DNA of 64,000 nucleotides from Planctomycetota bacterium (GCA_965223845.1 CBDCXR010000004.1:6624001-6688000); one strand, 5' to 3'. Numbered from the stretch's first letter, positions 29,422 to 40,228 are shown. Program-made: numbers and translations. Notes: generated by a model not told the origin, from the sequence alone.

Positions 29422-32400
29422 TCATTCGCAGCCGGGAAAGGCCTCGCAGTCGAGCGTCTCGTCGGGATCGGCTTCGCCGCACGCCTCGAACGGCGGCGGC
29501 GGAGGCGAACCGTCACCGAAGAGATAATTAAGCAGGTAGATGGGATCGGCGACGTTCACTCCGTCGTCGGCGTTGAGATCCGCGGCGGCGGCGCACTCGA
29601 GCGTGATGCCGCCCTCGAAGAGGAATCCGAGGACGAAGATCGCATCGGCGATGTTGCCCGCACCGTCGGTGTTCGCGTCGCCGCGGCGGAAGGCGGACGT
29701 GCAGTACTCGTACGCGCCGAGGTCGCTGGCGGGACCGCAGACGCGGGGACGACCCGCGAGGTCCATCGCCGTCGGGATGGGTTCCGCGCCGGCGTCGATC
29801 GCGGGAGAGTCCCGACGAAGACGGTAGTCGCCGCGAGTCCAGCTCGGACCCTGCCCGTCGCCGCGCAACCGGAAGAGCGGGTCGGTGCCGACGATGCCGG
29901 TCAGCTCGGCGTGCTCGGGGATCTCGCCGTCGACGATCGAGTTCGTGAGTTTCGTAAACCCGATGGGGTCTTCGTCGCTCCGGTTGTTCTCGATGCTCTG
30001 CCCGTTGCCGTTTCCCCACACGATCGAGTTCCGCACGCGAATTTCGGATTCGTGCGCCGCGATCGCCGCGTGGACGTCTCCGGCGCCCGCTCGAAACCCA
30101 CCGAATTGATTCTCCGTCACGGTGCAGCCGACCAGTTCGAGAACGAGTTGGTGTCCGGTGATCGCAGTGCCACTGAAGTTCTCGTTGCCGGTCAGAAGCG
30201 AATCGACCACGCTCAGTCTCGCGCCAAACCCTTGAATCCCTGCCCGGCCGTTCGCGCTGATGTCGCAGGCGGTGAGGACGACGTCGTTCTCGCTTGACGC
30301 GACGATGCCGGTCACGCGATTCCGCACTACGCGAGAGCGAGTGAGCTCCGCCTTCACGTCCTCGGCGAAGAGGAGACCGCCGCCGAACAGAGCTCCGTGG
30401 CGGCCGGGGACGCCGCGCGTATGGGAAACCGTCAACCCGTGAGCGCGAAGCTGCGTGCCCGACCAACACTCGACTCCGCTCGCACCGCTTCCGTCGATCC
30501 ACGTGCCGGTGATGCTTACATTTGAATCCGATCCGCAGACGACCGCAGACCGCTCTGCGCCTTCGATCGCCAGCCTTTCGAGAACTGCGGTGGCTCCGGC
30601 CGGAACGATGACTCCGTCGCCCACGATCGGCTCGACGCGGAGATCCGCGACTCGTGCGTGTACATCGACGACCGCTCCGCGAATGATCGTTCTCGTCCGC
30701 CCGGCACCCGCGAGCGTCACCCCCGGGCCCAGTCCGATCGATTGCGGATAGATGCCTTGCGCCAGATTCACCGCGCGCTTCGCCAGTCCGGGCGCAGGGC
30801 AGATACCGAGGGACGCACCGATGTCGCCCCCGTCGCTGGCGGAGGCGCGGCACGGAGAGTTCTCCGCCAGCGAATAACGAAAATCGAGTGCATCGAGGAG
30901 GCTGCGGTGCGGTCGTTCGCGGGACCCGTTCCCTTCTGCCGGAGCGGACGGATCGACCCAGGTGTCCTCTGCCCCGTCGAAACCGCAGAACATCGGATCG
31001 ACATTCAAGTTCCCCTCGCCGGGGAAGAGCTCTCCTTCGATGCACGAATGGGAGACGACGAGGCCTCGGCCAGCGGTGAGGGTCAGTCCAGAATTCGCCC
31101 ACACGATGGAGTCGCGAATCGTCGTCGAGCCTTCGAGCAACACGCTCGCCGAAGTCGGATTCGTGTTGTGCGCAATCGTGGTGCCGACGAGTGTCAGCAC
31201 GGTGCGCGAAGCCACGATGAGCTGGCCGAAGTTGCGCGCGACGAGTCCACCGGAGATGCGAGCGACTCCTCCGGACAAATGCAGTCCGCCCGCGTTCCTG
31301 AGGATCTTCGGTTCGAGGAGCTCGACTTCGGCGCCGTTGGCACTGAGCGCGACACCGCCGTTATCGGAGATGACCACGCGCTCGAAAATCGGCTGCGAGC
31401 GGTCCCCGCAGACGACCGCCGTCGTCGCGCTGCCCGTGATCGTCGTGTCGACGACGCGCGGCGCCGATTCACGTTCACACACGAGCCCACTCTCATCGTC
31501 GCCGCGAAGCGTGCAAGATTCGATCAGGGCTGAATCGCCGGCAGCGACGTAGACCGAACCTTCGATCGTGAGTCCGCGCAGCGCGGAGCCCTCGCGAAGA
31601 CGGCGAACGTCCCCGGCGACGATGGTGTTCTCCGCTCCTTCCCCCTCGATCACGATGGAATCGTTGAGGGGCGTATCCAGCACGTAGCGGCCGCGGGCGA
31701 GTCGGACCGTCGTCGCGCGGACTCGATCGCCTACGCACGGTTCGGCCGACCACCCGCGATCCACTCCGTCTTTGCCGGTCCCGCGACAGGGAGAGTCCTC
31801 CGCGAGCGCCCAACTGTACTCGAGTCCGTCGGTGAGCGCTCTAAACGGGCGGCTTTCGGTGCCATCCCCGCCGTTTGCTTCGCGAGCGTCGACATAGGCG
31901 AGATCTCGCGCCCATCCGCAGAAGAGCGGGTCGACCGCGATATTGTTCGAGCCGAAGTCGGTGAACGTCTCAGGTATGCAAGAGAACTCCGGGAAAAACA
32001 CTCCGCCGTTGCCTATTCGGATCGCCCCACTCTCCGAAGTCTCCCAAACGATCGAGCTCCCAAGCTCGACGATGCCTCTTGCGATGTGGAGACTCGCTCC
32101 CGCCGGGGACCAGTTGCCGGCGATCGTGACTCGGTCGATCGTCACGACGGAATCGCCTCCGACGAAAAACGCGGCGACGCCCGAGTGCGAGCGGTTCTCG
32201 GCGATCAGGCAGTCGGAGATTTCCAGCTCGGTCGAGAAGACGAAGGCTCCGCTTCCAGTTTCCGAGTTCGCGGAATTGCGAACGATCCGGCAGCTCGTCA
32301 TTTCGACCCGCGCAAACTCCGCGACGAGCCCTCCGTTCCCGCGGCAACCGCGAATGTCGAGCGCTTCGAGGATCGCAGGCCCTGCGTCGGGGGAGCTGCG

Positions 32401-33837
32401 AGACATCCAAATGCCTCCCGCCGGTCCGTCCGTCACGGTGAGGTCTTGCACCTCGGCATCCGAGCGGACACCGACGATCGTCCCGCGTACGGTCGTCTCC
32501 GATGTCCCCTCGCCGATCAGGCTGACGTGCTCCGTGAGCGGAATCACGGCGAGCTCGTGCTCGCCCGTACCGAGTGCGACGCGAACAGCGTCGCGCCCGG
32601 CCTCTTCGCACGAGGCGAGTCGAGCCCCGATCGCTCCGCCGTCTTCGCCCGCCGTTCGACAGGGCGACGTGGCCGCGAGACCGTACCCGAAGCGAAGCGC
32701 GTCGCGGAGCGAGCCGAACGGACGATCCTCGGATCCGTCGCCGCCGGCCGGAGCACCCGCGGACACGTGGCGGGTGCTCTGCGGACCCCACGCACAGAAT
32801 TCCGGGTCCGATTCGATCACCGTTTCGTGAATGACGCCGGCGATGCAGGAGTGGTGGACATCGAACTCCGGCGGAAACTCGACCGACTGGAGAAAGCCGT
32901 TGTTCCAAAGGATCGAGTTCTTCAGCTCTCCGCGGCTCTGAACGACGAGGGGCGAACCCGCGAAGTCGTTCCCCGAGATGGTGATCCGGTCCATTGTTAC
33001 CGGCGCGATTCCGCCGATCCGGATTCCTTCAGAGCGGCTGAAATTGCCGGCGACGAGAACATCCGTCATCGTCGACGCCGTACCGGCGAGTTCGATCAGC
33101 GGACCGAGTCGTGAGCGATTGTGATTCGAGAGGATCCGCACGCCGCTCAAGGAGACGTCCCCGTTGTGCGCGATGATCGCCGCGCCCACGTCGCCGAAGT
33201 TCTCTCGGATCTCCGTTCCTGAGAGCTCGACGGTCGAGTCTTCGACGAACAGCCCTCCGCCCGTGTAGAGACTGCCTGTCCGAGTCTCGCTGAAGTTCCC
33301 CGCGATGACACAGTCACGGATGTGAACGGACGATCGCTGGACGACGAGAAATCCGCCACCGCGATACTCGAGCCCCGCGCAATAGAAACACAGGGTGTTC
33401 GCCAACCGAGTGCCTTGCCCTCCCGTAACGGTGAATCCCGCTACGACACTCCGGGTCGACTCTCCGCTCTCGAACACGAAGACGCTCGCGTCGCCGGAGT
33501 CGATCGGGGTTTCGCTCATCCGGATGATCGTCGCCTCGGCGCCGGCCTCCGATCGGAGCTCGAGATCCTTGAGCGGCGGCGACGAATCGTCGAAGGGATC
33601 GTGCCAGCGATTGAAATCCAGCGGGCTCGAGATCAAGTACTCGCCCGGAGCGACGAGCACGGTGTCGCCGTCGGCGGCGACATCGAGGGCTTCTTGGATC
33701 GTCGGGTGGTCCGCGGGGACGCGGAGGATGTCCGCGTGCACGTGAGGCGATTCGAGCGCGATCAGACCGAGCGCGACGATTCCTACTGCGACCCAGGAAT
33801 CGGGGTGAACGATCCGCCCCATCGGTTTCGAATCCAC
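29422..33837 (-). CDS. Secreted parallel beta-helix repeat protein with dockerin-like domain, paralog 3
   Basis: Colinear with the other paralogs; GTG 33837 follows GGGAGG. Confidence 0.88.
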   Translation of the reverse strand: MDSKPMGRIVHPDSWVAVGIVALGLIALESPHVHADILRVPADHPTIQEALDVAADGDTVLVAPGEYLISSPLDFNRWHDPFDDSSPPLKDLELRSEAGAEATIIRMSETPIDSGDASVFVFESGESTRSVVAGFTVTGGQGTRLANTLCFYCAGLEYRGGGFLVVQRSSVHIRDCVIAGNFSETRTGSLYTGGGLFVEDSTVELSGTEIRENFGDVGAAIIAHNGDVSLSGVRILSNHNRSRLGPLIELAGTASTMTDVLVAGNFSRSEGIRIGGIAPVTMDRITISGNDFAGSPLVVQSRGELKNSILWNNGFLQSVEFPPEFDVHHSCIAGVIHETVIESDPEFCAWGPQSTRHVSAGAPAGGDGSEDRPFGSLRDALRFGYGLAATSPCRTAGEDGGAIGARLASCEEAGRDAVRVALGTGEHELAVIPLTEHVSLIGEGTSETTVRGTIVGVRSDAEVQDLTVTDGPAGGIWMSRSSPDAGPAILEALDIRGCRGNGGLVAEFARVEMTSCRIVRNSANSETGSGAFVFSTELEISDCLIAENRSHSGVAAFFVGGDSVVTIDRVTIAGNWSPAGASLHIARGIVELGSSIVWETSESGAIRIGNGGVFFPEFSCIPETFTDFGSNNIAVDPLFCGWARDLAYVDAREANGGDGTESRPFRALTDGLEYSWALAEDSPCRGTGKDGVDRGWSAEPCVGDRVRATTVRLARGRYVLDTPLNDSIVIEGEGAENTIVAGDVRRLREGSALRGLTIEGSVYVAAGDSALIESCTLRGDDESGLVCERESAPRVVDTTITGSATTAVVCGDRSQPIFERVVISDNGGVALSANGAEVELLEPKILRNAGGLHLSGGVARISGGLVARNFGQLIVASRTVLTLVGTTIAHNTNPTSASVLLEGSTTIRDSIVWANSGLTLTAGRGLVVSHSCIEGELFPGEGNLNVDPMFCGFDGAEDTWVDPSAPAEGNGSRERPHRSLLDALDFRYSLAENSPCRASASDGGDIGASLGICPAPGLAKRAVNLAQGIYPQSIGLGPGVTLAGAGRTRTIIRGAVVDVHARVADLRVEPIVGDGVIVPAGATAVLERLAIEGAERSAVVCGSDSNVSITGTWIDGSGASGVECWSGTQLRAHGLTVSHTRGVPGRHGALFGGGLLFAEDVKAELTRSRVVRNRVTGIVASSENDVVLTACDISANGRAGIQGFGARLSVVDSLLTGNENFSGTAITGHQLVLELVGCTVTENQFGGFRAGAGDVHAAIAAHESEIRVRNSIVWGNGNGQSIENNRSDEDPIGFTKLTNSIVDGEIPEHAELTGIVGTDPLFRLRGDGQGPSWTRGDYRLRRDSPAIDAGAEPIPTAMDLAGRPRVCGPASDLGAYEYCTSAFRRGDANTDGAGNIADAIFVLGFLFEGGITLECAAAADLNADDGVNVADPIYLLNYLFGDGSPPPPPFEACGEADPDETLDCEAFPGCE

Positions 33838-33939
33838 GCCGTCCTCCCTCGGACTTCTCGACGGAACCAGCGGCACCTCAGCCGATGCTGCAGCACGCGT
33901 TCCGGTCCATTCTCGTCGCTTCCTTCGCCGGCGGCACGA

Positions 33940-36900
33940 TCATTCACACGCCGGAAAGATCTCACAGTCGAGCGCCGCCTCGGGAGCGGTTTCGCCGCAC
34001 TCCTCGAACGGCGGCGGTGGCGGTGCTCCATCGCCGAACAGGAAGTTCAAGTGGTAGATCGGATCAGCGATGTTGAGCGCGTCGTCGGCGTTCGTGTCCG
34101 CGGCGGCGGCGCAATCGAGCGCGAGTCCGTTTCCAAAGAGAAATCCGAGCACGAAGATCGCATCGGCGATGTTTCCTTCGCCGTCGGTGTTGGCATCACC
34201 GCGGCGAAACGGCGATGTGCAGTACTCGTACGCGCCGAGATCGACGACCGGGCCGCAGACGCGGGTCCGGCCCGCGAGATCGACCGACGTCGGCACTGGC
34301 GTCGAGCCGAAGTCGATCGCCGGCGAATCGGGCTGAAGACGGTAATCTCCCCTCTCCCAGTCGGTACCGTCCCTTTTGCCGCGGACGCGAAAGAGCGGAT
34401 CGACATCGATGACATCGGTAAGCTGCGCCTGCTCGGGAAGCTCACCTTCGACGAGCGAATTCGTGACCGTCGGGAATGCCTCCGCCATGACGCTCGTTCT
34501 GGATCCGTTTCCCCACACGATCGAATTGCGGATCGTAAGATCGGAGTTGTGGACGACGATCGGCGGGGTGCCGTCATCTCCCAGGCCGCGATTCTCGGTC
34601 ACGGTGCAGCCGATCAGCTCGACGGTGAGGTTTGCGCCCCGGAGCGCCGGTCCGTTGTAGCCGTGATTTCCTGCAATGAGCGAATCGGTGAGACTCAGCA
34701 TGCCGCTGTGCCCCTCAACTCCCGCTAGATTGTTGGCGGTCACTTCGCACGCGACGATCGACAGTTCAGTGCCGTTTCCCGCGAAGATCCCGTTCACATC
34801 GTTGCGCTCGAAGCGAGAGCGGGTGAGCTTCGCCTTCACGAATCCGGCGGCGTGGAATCCGCCGCCGAACCGTAAGCCGTGTCGCCCGGCAAACCCCGCG
34901 GACCGAGCGATCGTCGTTCGATCGACCTCGATCTGCGCCCCTTCCCAGCATGCGATCCCCGCTTCGCCGTTGTCGTCGACGATGGAGTTGTCGACGACGA
35001 CGCTCGAATCCGGCCCGCAGAGGATCCCGGATCGCGCCGCGTTCACGACGACGACTCGCTCGATGTGCGCCTCAGCTCCCGCTGAAATCAGAATTCCGTC
35101 CGCGCTGCTCCCGTCGACACGGAGACCGAAGACGATTCCGTCGACGTCTGCGAGCGCGCCGCGGATGACCGTTTCTTCGGAGCCGGCCCCGATGAGATCG
35201 ATGCCGGGGCCGAGGACGACCGATCCCGAATACTCGCCTTCGGCGAGGCGAATCGTTCTCTTGGCAGTACCGCTCGATGCACAGGTCTCGAACGGGACTC
35301 CGATATCTCCACCTTCCGTGCCAGCGCCGAGGCAGGGAGAACCCTCCGCGAGCGCGAAGCTGAACTCGGTGGCCGCATTCGGGTGAGCGAAGGGATTCTC
35401 TCGCGTCCCGTCGCCTCCTTCGTCGGCGGCCGCATCCACCCAGACTTCGTCGGCCGCGCCGAGTCCACAGAACGCGGGGTCGACGTTTAGGTTTCCTTCG
35501 CCCGTGACGAGCTCGCCTTCGATGCAGGAGTACGAAACGGTTGCGGCATCCGCGCTGAGGAGGCTCGACTCGGTGTTGCCCCAGATGATGCTGTCCCGAA
35601 TCGTCGTTTCGCCGGTGGCCGTCACCGCGCAAGGAAACGTGCCGTAGTTTCGCGCGATCGTCGATTGAGTGACCGTGAGCTTCGTCCGCTGCGAGGAGAT
35701 GGGACAGCCCGAGTTGCGCGCGATGAGGCACCGCGTCAACGTCGCGGAGCCAGCGATGAGTCTGATCCCATCGCCATTCGCGAGAACGCTCGAATCGACG
35801 AGCGCGACCTCCGCCTCTTGCGAGACGAGCGCAACTCCGGCGTTCCCCCGAATTTCGACTTCACGAAACAAGGGGCGGGAAGCGGATTCACACAAGATCG
35901 CCCGGGTCGCGCAGTCGGTGATCGTCGACTTGCCGACAATCGGCGTCGATCCGGCACGGCAGACGAGCGCGGTGCCCGATCCTCCCTTGAGGACGCAATT
36001 CTCGATCGTTGCCGTACCGGCTTTCGCTATGTAGACGGTTCCTTCGACCGCGAGGTCGCGCAGGCTGGATCCTTCGGAGAGCTCGGCGATGCCTCCGGCG
36101 ATGGTCGTTCGCTCGGCTCCCGCGCCCTCGATGCGAACTCGCCCCGGCAACGACGCGTCGAGGCGATACCGCCCCGCCGCCACGCGGATCGAGGGCTCCG
36201 CGGGTCCTGGGTTGTCGCATGACGGCGCAGGCCAGCCGCGATCGACTCCATTCTCACCCGTCCCGCGACAAGGCGACCCGTCCGTGAGCGCCCAGCTGAA
36301 GCCGAGGTTCGAATCGAACGACCGAAAAGGTCGCTCGGCGCTGCCGTCTCCGCCTTCGTCCCCGTTCGCATCGACGTAGATTTCGTCACGCGGCCAACCG
36401 CAGAACATCGGATCGGCGGCGATGTTCTGCTCTCCGCGGGCGACGAACGCCTCGGGTACGCACGAATAGTCGATCGACAGACCAGTGCCGCCGCCGTTCC
36501 CCAGCACGATCTCTTCGTCCGAAGAGTTTCCCCAAATGATGCTGTCCCGGAGCGTGACGCGTCCGCCGTTGATCAGGAGTCCTCCGCCCGCGGAGGTCCA
36601 GTTGCCTGCGATAGTCACTCCCTTCGCGTTCACGGTAGCGCCGTTCCCGACGAGGACCGCGCCGCCTCCGAGCGAGTTGGTGTTCGCCGCGATGAGGCTG
36701 TCCGTGATCTGGAGACTTGTCTGCACCGCCCAGATTCCACTCCCAAAGCCGGAGTCGATGGTGTTCGCGAGAACACGGCTCCGATGAATCTCGAGCCTCA
36801 CGAACTGCGCGAGCACACCGCCGTTCCCGCGGCAGCGACGAATGTCGACGTCTTCGATTCTGGCGATCGCCTCTGACGGGGCCGGCTGGAAGGCCCAGAT

Positions 36901-38304
36901 TCCCCCGACCGGGCCCTCCTCGATCGTGAGCTCGCGGATTTCGAACCCGGGGCGAAATCCGACGACGGTTCCGCGAATGAACGTGTTCTCGCGGCCTCCG
37001 CCCGCGAGGCTCGCGCCCTGCTGTAGAGGGATCACAGGAAATTCGTAGTGTCCCGGCGCGAGGACGATCGTCGTCCGATCCGTGCCCGTGTCGTCGCACG
37101 CCCCGGCGTTCGCTCCGATCGCCCCTCCGTCGTCCCCGGCGGTGAGGTACGGGGACGCGGCGGAGAGGCCGTAGCGGTACTGAGTCGCTTCTCGGAGCGA
37201 CGCGAACGGGCGCTCGACGGAACCGTCGCCCCCTGCGGGTGCGTTAGTGGACACGTGATGAGTGTCGGAAATCCATCCGCAGAAGAGAGGGTCGGTATCG
37301 ACAATCGTGTCGCCGCCTGGGCCGGCGTAGTTCTGCAGACAGGAGTGATGGACGTTCATGTTTTCGTTGAGGCGCCACTCACCGGGGAAAGTGTTCCCCC
37401 AAACGATCGAGTTTTTCAGCTCGCCAGGAGCACCGAGATCGAGCGGCGTGCCGAACAGCTGATTCCCGGCGACGGTCAAGCGGTCGATCGTGACGGACTC
37501 TCCGGACCAAACGTGGAGACCGCCTCCCGAACTGAAGTTGTCCGCGACGAGACAATCGTGGATCGCCACCGAACTATTCGAGAGCGTCACGATCGCTCCC
37601 CACTGGCGATTGTGATTCGCAAGGATGCGAACTCCGTCGAAAGATACGCCGGCGTTCACCGCGAAGATCGCCGCTGAGGTGTCGCCGATGTGGCCGCTCA
37701 CCTCGCTGTTGACGAGCTCTAAGGTCGAGTTTTCGACGTAGAGTCCACCGCCCGAGTGGAACGTGTTCGGCTCGAGTCGCGTCGAGCCTCCCGTGATCCG
37801 GCACGCGGCGATGCGTATCGAGGAGCGCTCTCGGATGAGGAATCCACCCCCCAGTCGCTGAGGGCCGAAGCAGAAGAAACAATCCGAGTTTGCGACGACC
37901 CGCCCTCGCCCGCCCGTCACCGTGAAGCCTTCGACGATGCTCCGGTTCGACTCACCCTTCTCGAAGAGGAAGACGCTCGCCTCGCCGGGATCGTCCGGTG
38001 TTTCGCTCATTCGGATGACGGTCGCGTCCGCGCCGTCTTCGGAGCGAAGCTCGAGATCCTTGAGCGGAGGCGACGTCACGTCCAGCGGGTCGTGGAAGCG
38101 ATTGAAGTTGAGCGGACTCGAGATGACGTACTCGCCCGGCGCGACGAGGACGGTGTCGCCGTCGGCCGCGACATCGAGCGCCTCTTGGATGGTGCCGTAG
38201 TCGGCGGGGACCTGGAGGATGTTGGCGCACGCTCGCGTCGTGCTCAGTGCGACAACGAGAAGCGCGGTAACCGTGCCGGCGATGCGGAGCGAAATCGTTC
38301 TCAC
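33940..38304 (-). CDS. Secreted parallel beta-helix repeat protein with dockerin-like domain, paralog 4
   Basis: Colinear with the other paralogs; GTG 38304 follows GAAGGA; signal peptide ends TRACA. Confidence 0.88.
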   Translation of the reverse strand: MRTISLRIAGTVTALLVVALSTTRACANILQVPADYGTIQEALDVAADGDTVLVAPGEYVISSPLNFNRFHDPLDVTSPPLKDLELRSEDGADATVIRMSETPDDPGEASVFLFEKGESNRSIVEGFTVTGGRGRVVANSDCFFCFGPQRLGGGFLIRERSSIRIAACRITGGSTRLEPNTFHSGGGLYVENSTLELVNSEVSGHIGDTSAAIFAVNAGVSFDGVRILANHNRQWGAIVTLSNSSVAIHDCLVADNFSSGGGLHVWSGESVTIDRLTVAGNQLFGTPLDLGAPGELKNSIVWGNTFPGEWRLNENMNVHHSCLQNYAGPGGDTIVDTDPLFCGWISDTHHVSTNAPAGGDGSVERPFASLREATQYRYGLSAASPYLTAGDDGGAIGANAGACDDTGTDRTTIVLAPGHYEFPVIPLQQGASLAGGGRENTFIRGTVVGFRPGFEIRELTIEEGPVGGIWAFQPAPSEAIARIEDVDIRRCRGNGGVLAQFVRLEIHRSRVLANTIDSGFGSGIWAVQTSLQITDSLIAANTNSLGGGAVLVGNGATVNAKGVTIAGNWTSAGGGLLINGGRVTLRDSIIWGNSSDEEIVLGNGGGTGLSIDYSCVPEAFVARGEQNIAADPMFCGWPRDEIYVDANGDEGGDGSAERPFRSFDSNLGFSWALTDGSPCRGTGENGVDRGWPAPSCDNPGPAEPSIRVAAGRYRLDASLPGRVRIEGAGAERTTIAGGIAELSEGSSLRDLAVEGTVYIAKAGTATIENCVLKGGSGTALVCRAGSTPIVGKSTITDCATRAILCESASRPLFREVEIRGNAGVALVSQEAEVALVDSSVLANGDGIRLIAGSATLTRCLIARNSGCPISSQRTKLTVTQSTIARNYGTFPCAVTATGETTIRDSIIWGNTESSLLSADAATVSYSCIEGELVTGEGNLNVDPAFCGLGAADEVWVDAAADEGGDGTRENPFAHPNAATEFSFALAEGSPCLGAGTEGGDIGVPFETCASSGTAKRTIRLAEGEYSGSVVLGPGIDLIGAGSEETVIRGALADVDGIVFGLRVDGSSADGILISAGAEAHIERVVVVNAARSGILCGPDSSVVVDNSIVDDNGEAGIACWEGAQIEVDRTTIARSAGFAGRHGLRFGGGFHAAGFVKAKLTRSRFERNDVNGIFAGNGTELSIVACEVTANNLAGVEGHSGMLSLTDSLIAGNHGYNGPALRGANLTVELIGCTVTENRGLGDDGTPPIVVHNSDLTIRNSIVWGNGSRTSVMAEAFPTVTNSLVEGELPEQAQLTDVIDVDPLFRVRGKRDGTDWERGDYRLQPDSPAIDFGSTPVPTSVDLAGRTRVCGPVVDLGAYEYCTSPFRRGDANTDGEGNIADAIFVLGFLFGNGLALDCAAAADTNADDALNIADPIYHLNFLFGDGAPPPPPFEECGETAPEAALDCEIFPACE

Positions 38305-38632
38305 GGGAATTCCTTCGGGTTCGACATCGCTCGGAGCGGTCAAAAGGGAGCTGCCCCAACGGCGACAGAACGGCGATCGTTCTCTCGTCACCCGCATTCT
38401 CGAGCTCTCCCCGTCACGGAGCACAAGACTACCTCGCGTTCGCGCTCGACTCAAAAACCGTTGTGCGCCGATTCCTCGGGCCTTGCGCATTCGGCGGCTG
38501 CGCTACAATGCGCGCCGCTTTCGGCGTGGTGCACGCCGGGAGCGAGCGGAGTCGACTGCCGGCTCGCCGCGCGTCGATCGTCCGTCCCACCGCGATTTCT
38601 CTTTACTCCCCGAACACCGAGACCCGTTAGCG

Positions 38633-40228
38633 ATGGCCTACGACCCTCACCGCACGGCGCCCGATCCGAAGGAAACCGGCTGGCCGCGTGGGATCCCCTA
38701 CATCATCGGGAACGAAGCTTGCGAGCGCTTCAGCTACTACGGAATGCGCTCGATTCTTCAGGTGTATCTGACCTTTCTCTACAGCCAGGTCGCGCTCGAG
38801 GGGATCACACCCGAGCAGCAGGCGACGTCGACGGTCCATCTTTTCTACGCCGGCGTCTACGCGTTCCCGATGATCGGCGCCCTCATCGCCGATCGTTTTC
38901 TCGGGAAGTACCGCGTGATCCTCTGGCTCTCGCTCGTCTACTGCGCGGGTCACGGGTTTCTCGCGGTGTTCGAGGACTCGCTGGGCGGTGTCCTCGCCGG
39001 TCTCATGATGATTGCGATCGGTTCGGGCGGCATCAAATCCTGCGTCTCCGCGCACGTGGGCGACCAGTTCGGAGCGGGAAATTGGTCGAAGCTTCCACGC
39101 GTCTACCAGATCTTCTACTTCAGTGTGAACTTCGGATCGTTTTTCGCTTCGCTCCTGATTCCGTACACGAAAGAAACCCTGGGGGTTGAGTACGCTTTCG
39201 GGATCCCGGGCATCTTGATGTTCATCGCGACGATCTTTTTCTGGCTCGGGAGAAACACATTCGTTCATGTTCCAGCGAAGCCTGGCGGTCGCCTGGGACT
39301 GCTCGACGCAGTCAGCTCGACCTTGATCTTCATGGCGCTCGGCTGCTTCTCGTTCTTTGGCGACGACACTAGCACTTGGGTCAAGTTGATCGTGCCGATC
39401 GCGTTTCTGGGATCCGGATTGCTTCTCTTCGGGATTCGTCAGGAGATCGCTCGGGACGACGGCTTTCTCGCCGTTCTGCTGCTCGCCGTCCGGCGCGGGC
39501 TCCGCGGCGCTCGAGACACTCTCGGCAGCGAGCCGGTGGAGGGCTTCGTCGCCGTGCTGAAGATCCTGAGCGTCTTCGTCTTCATCAGCATGTTCTGGGC
39601 GCTCTTTGACCAGCACTCGACGACGTGGATCCGCCAAGCGGAACTGATGGATCGGCAGTTCTTGATCTTCGGCTGGGAATTCGAGGTTCTGCCGTCACAG
39701 ACTCTGGCCTGGAATCCCTTGTTCGTCATGATCCTGATTCCCTTTACGGGGTTCTTCCTCTACCCGCTCCTCGATCGTTGCGGATTCGCGATGACGCCGC
39801 TCCGGCGCATTTCGCTAGGGATGTACGTCGGATTCGTCTCATTCGTCGTCGTCGCGATGCTGCAGGACCGGATCGAGGACGCGGCGACTGCGGCCGCGCT
39901 CGATCCGTCGAGCCCGGCCGCGCAACCGGTGCATCTCGCCTGGCAGATCATCCCGCAGCTATTGATCACACTTTCGGAAGTGATGATTTCGATCACCGGC
40001 CTCGAGTTCGCCTACAGCCAGGCGCCGAAGCGCATGAAGTCGACGATCATGGGCTTCTGGCTCCTCACGATCGCGCTCGGGAACATCTTCGTCAGCCTCC
40101 TCACGAAGTTCCTCCCCGAGATGACCCTCGCGCGGAACTTCTGGCTGTTCACCTGGCTGATGCTCGGAGCCGCAGTCCTCGTTACGATTCGGTCGGCGTT
40201 CTATCGCTACCGGGAATACACTCAGTAG
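38633..40228 (+). CDS. POT/PTR family proton-dependent oligopeptide transporter
   Basis: NEACERFSYYGMR (ExxERFxYY), GGIK...GDQF, FYFSVNFGS and GLEFAYSQAP motifs. Confidence 0.95.
   Translation: MAYDPHRTAPDPKETGWPRGIPYIIGNEACERFSYYGMRSILQVYLTFLYSQVALEGITPEQQATSTVHLFYAGVYAFPMIGALIADRFLGKYRVILWLSLVYCAGHGFLAVFEDSLGGVLAGLMMIAIGSGGIKSCVSAHVGDQFGAGNWSKLPRVYQIFYFSVNFGSFFASLLIPYTKETLGVEYAFGIPGILMFIATIFFWLGRNTFVHVPAKPGGRLGLLDAVSSTLIFMALGCFSFFGDDTSTWVKLIVPIAFLGSGLLLFGIRQEIARDDGFLAVLLLAVRRGLRGARDTLGSEPVEGFVAVLKILSVFVFISMFWALFDQHSTTWIRQAELMDRQFLIFGWEFEVLPSQTLAWNPLFVMILIPFTGFFLYPLLDRCGFAMTPLRRISLGMYVGFVSFVVVAMLQDRIEDAATAAALDPSSPAAQPVHLAWQIIPQLLITLSEVMISITGLEFAYSQAPKRMKSTIMGFWLLTIALGNIFVSLLTKFLPEMTLARNFWLFTWLMLGAAVLVTIRSAFYRYREYTQ

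Noticed and set aside
29296-29482. N-terminal extensions in the ORF track (also 38304-38490, 38219-38633, 5076-5493, 53910-54447)
   Set aside because: Downstream starts have an RBS or stop/start overlap and give proper signal peptides; the extensions overlap neighbouring genes or are low-complexity.
20361-38304. Possible diversity-generating retroelement or invertase-driven cassette system behind the paralog array
   Set aside because: No reverse transcriptase, recombinase or adenine-specific template/variable repeat pair seen; all four genes are full-length.
20361-38304. Assembly artefact as the source of the four copies
   Set aside because: Copies differ substantially throughout and have unrelated spacers and signal peptides.
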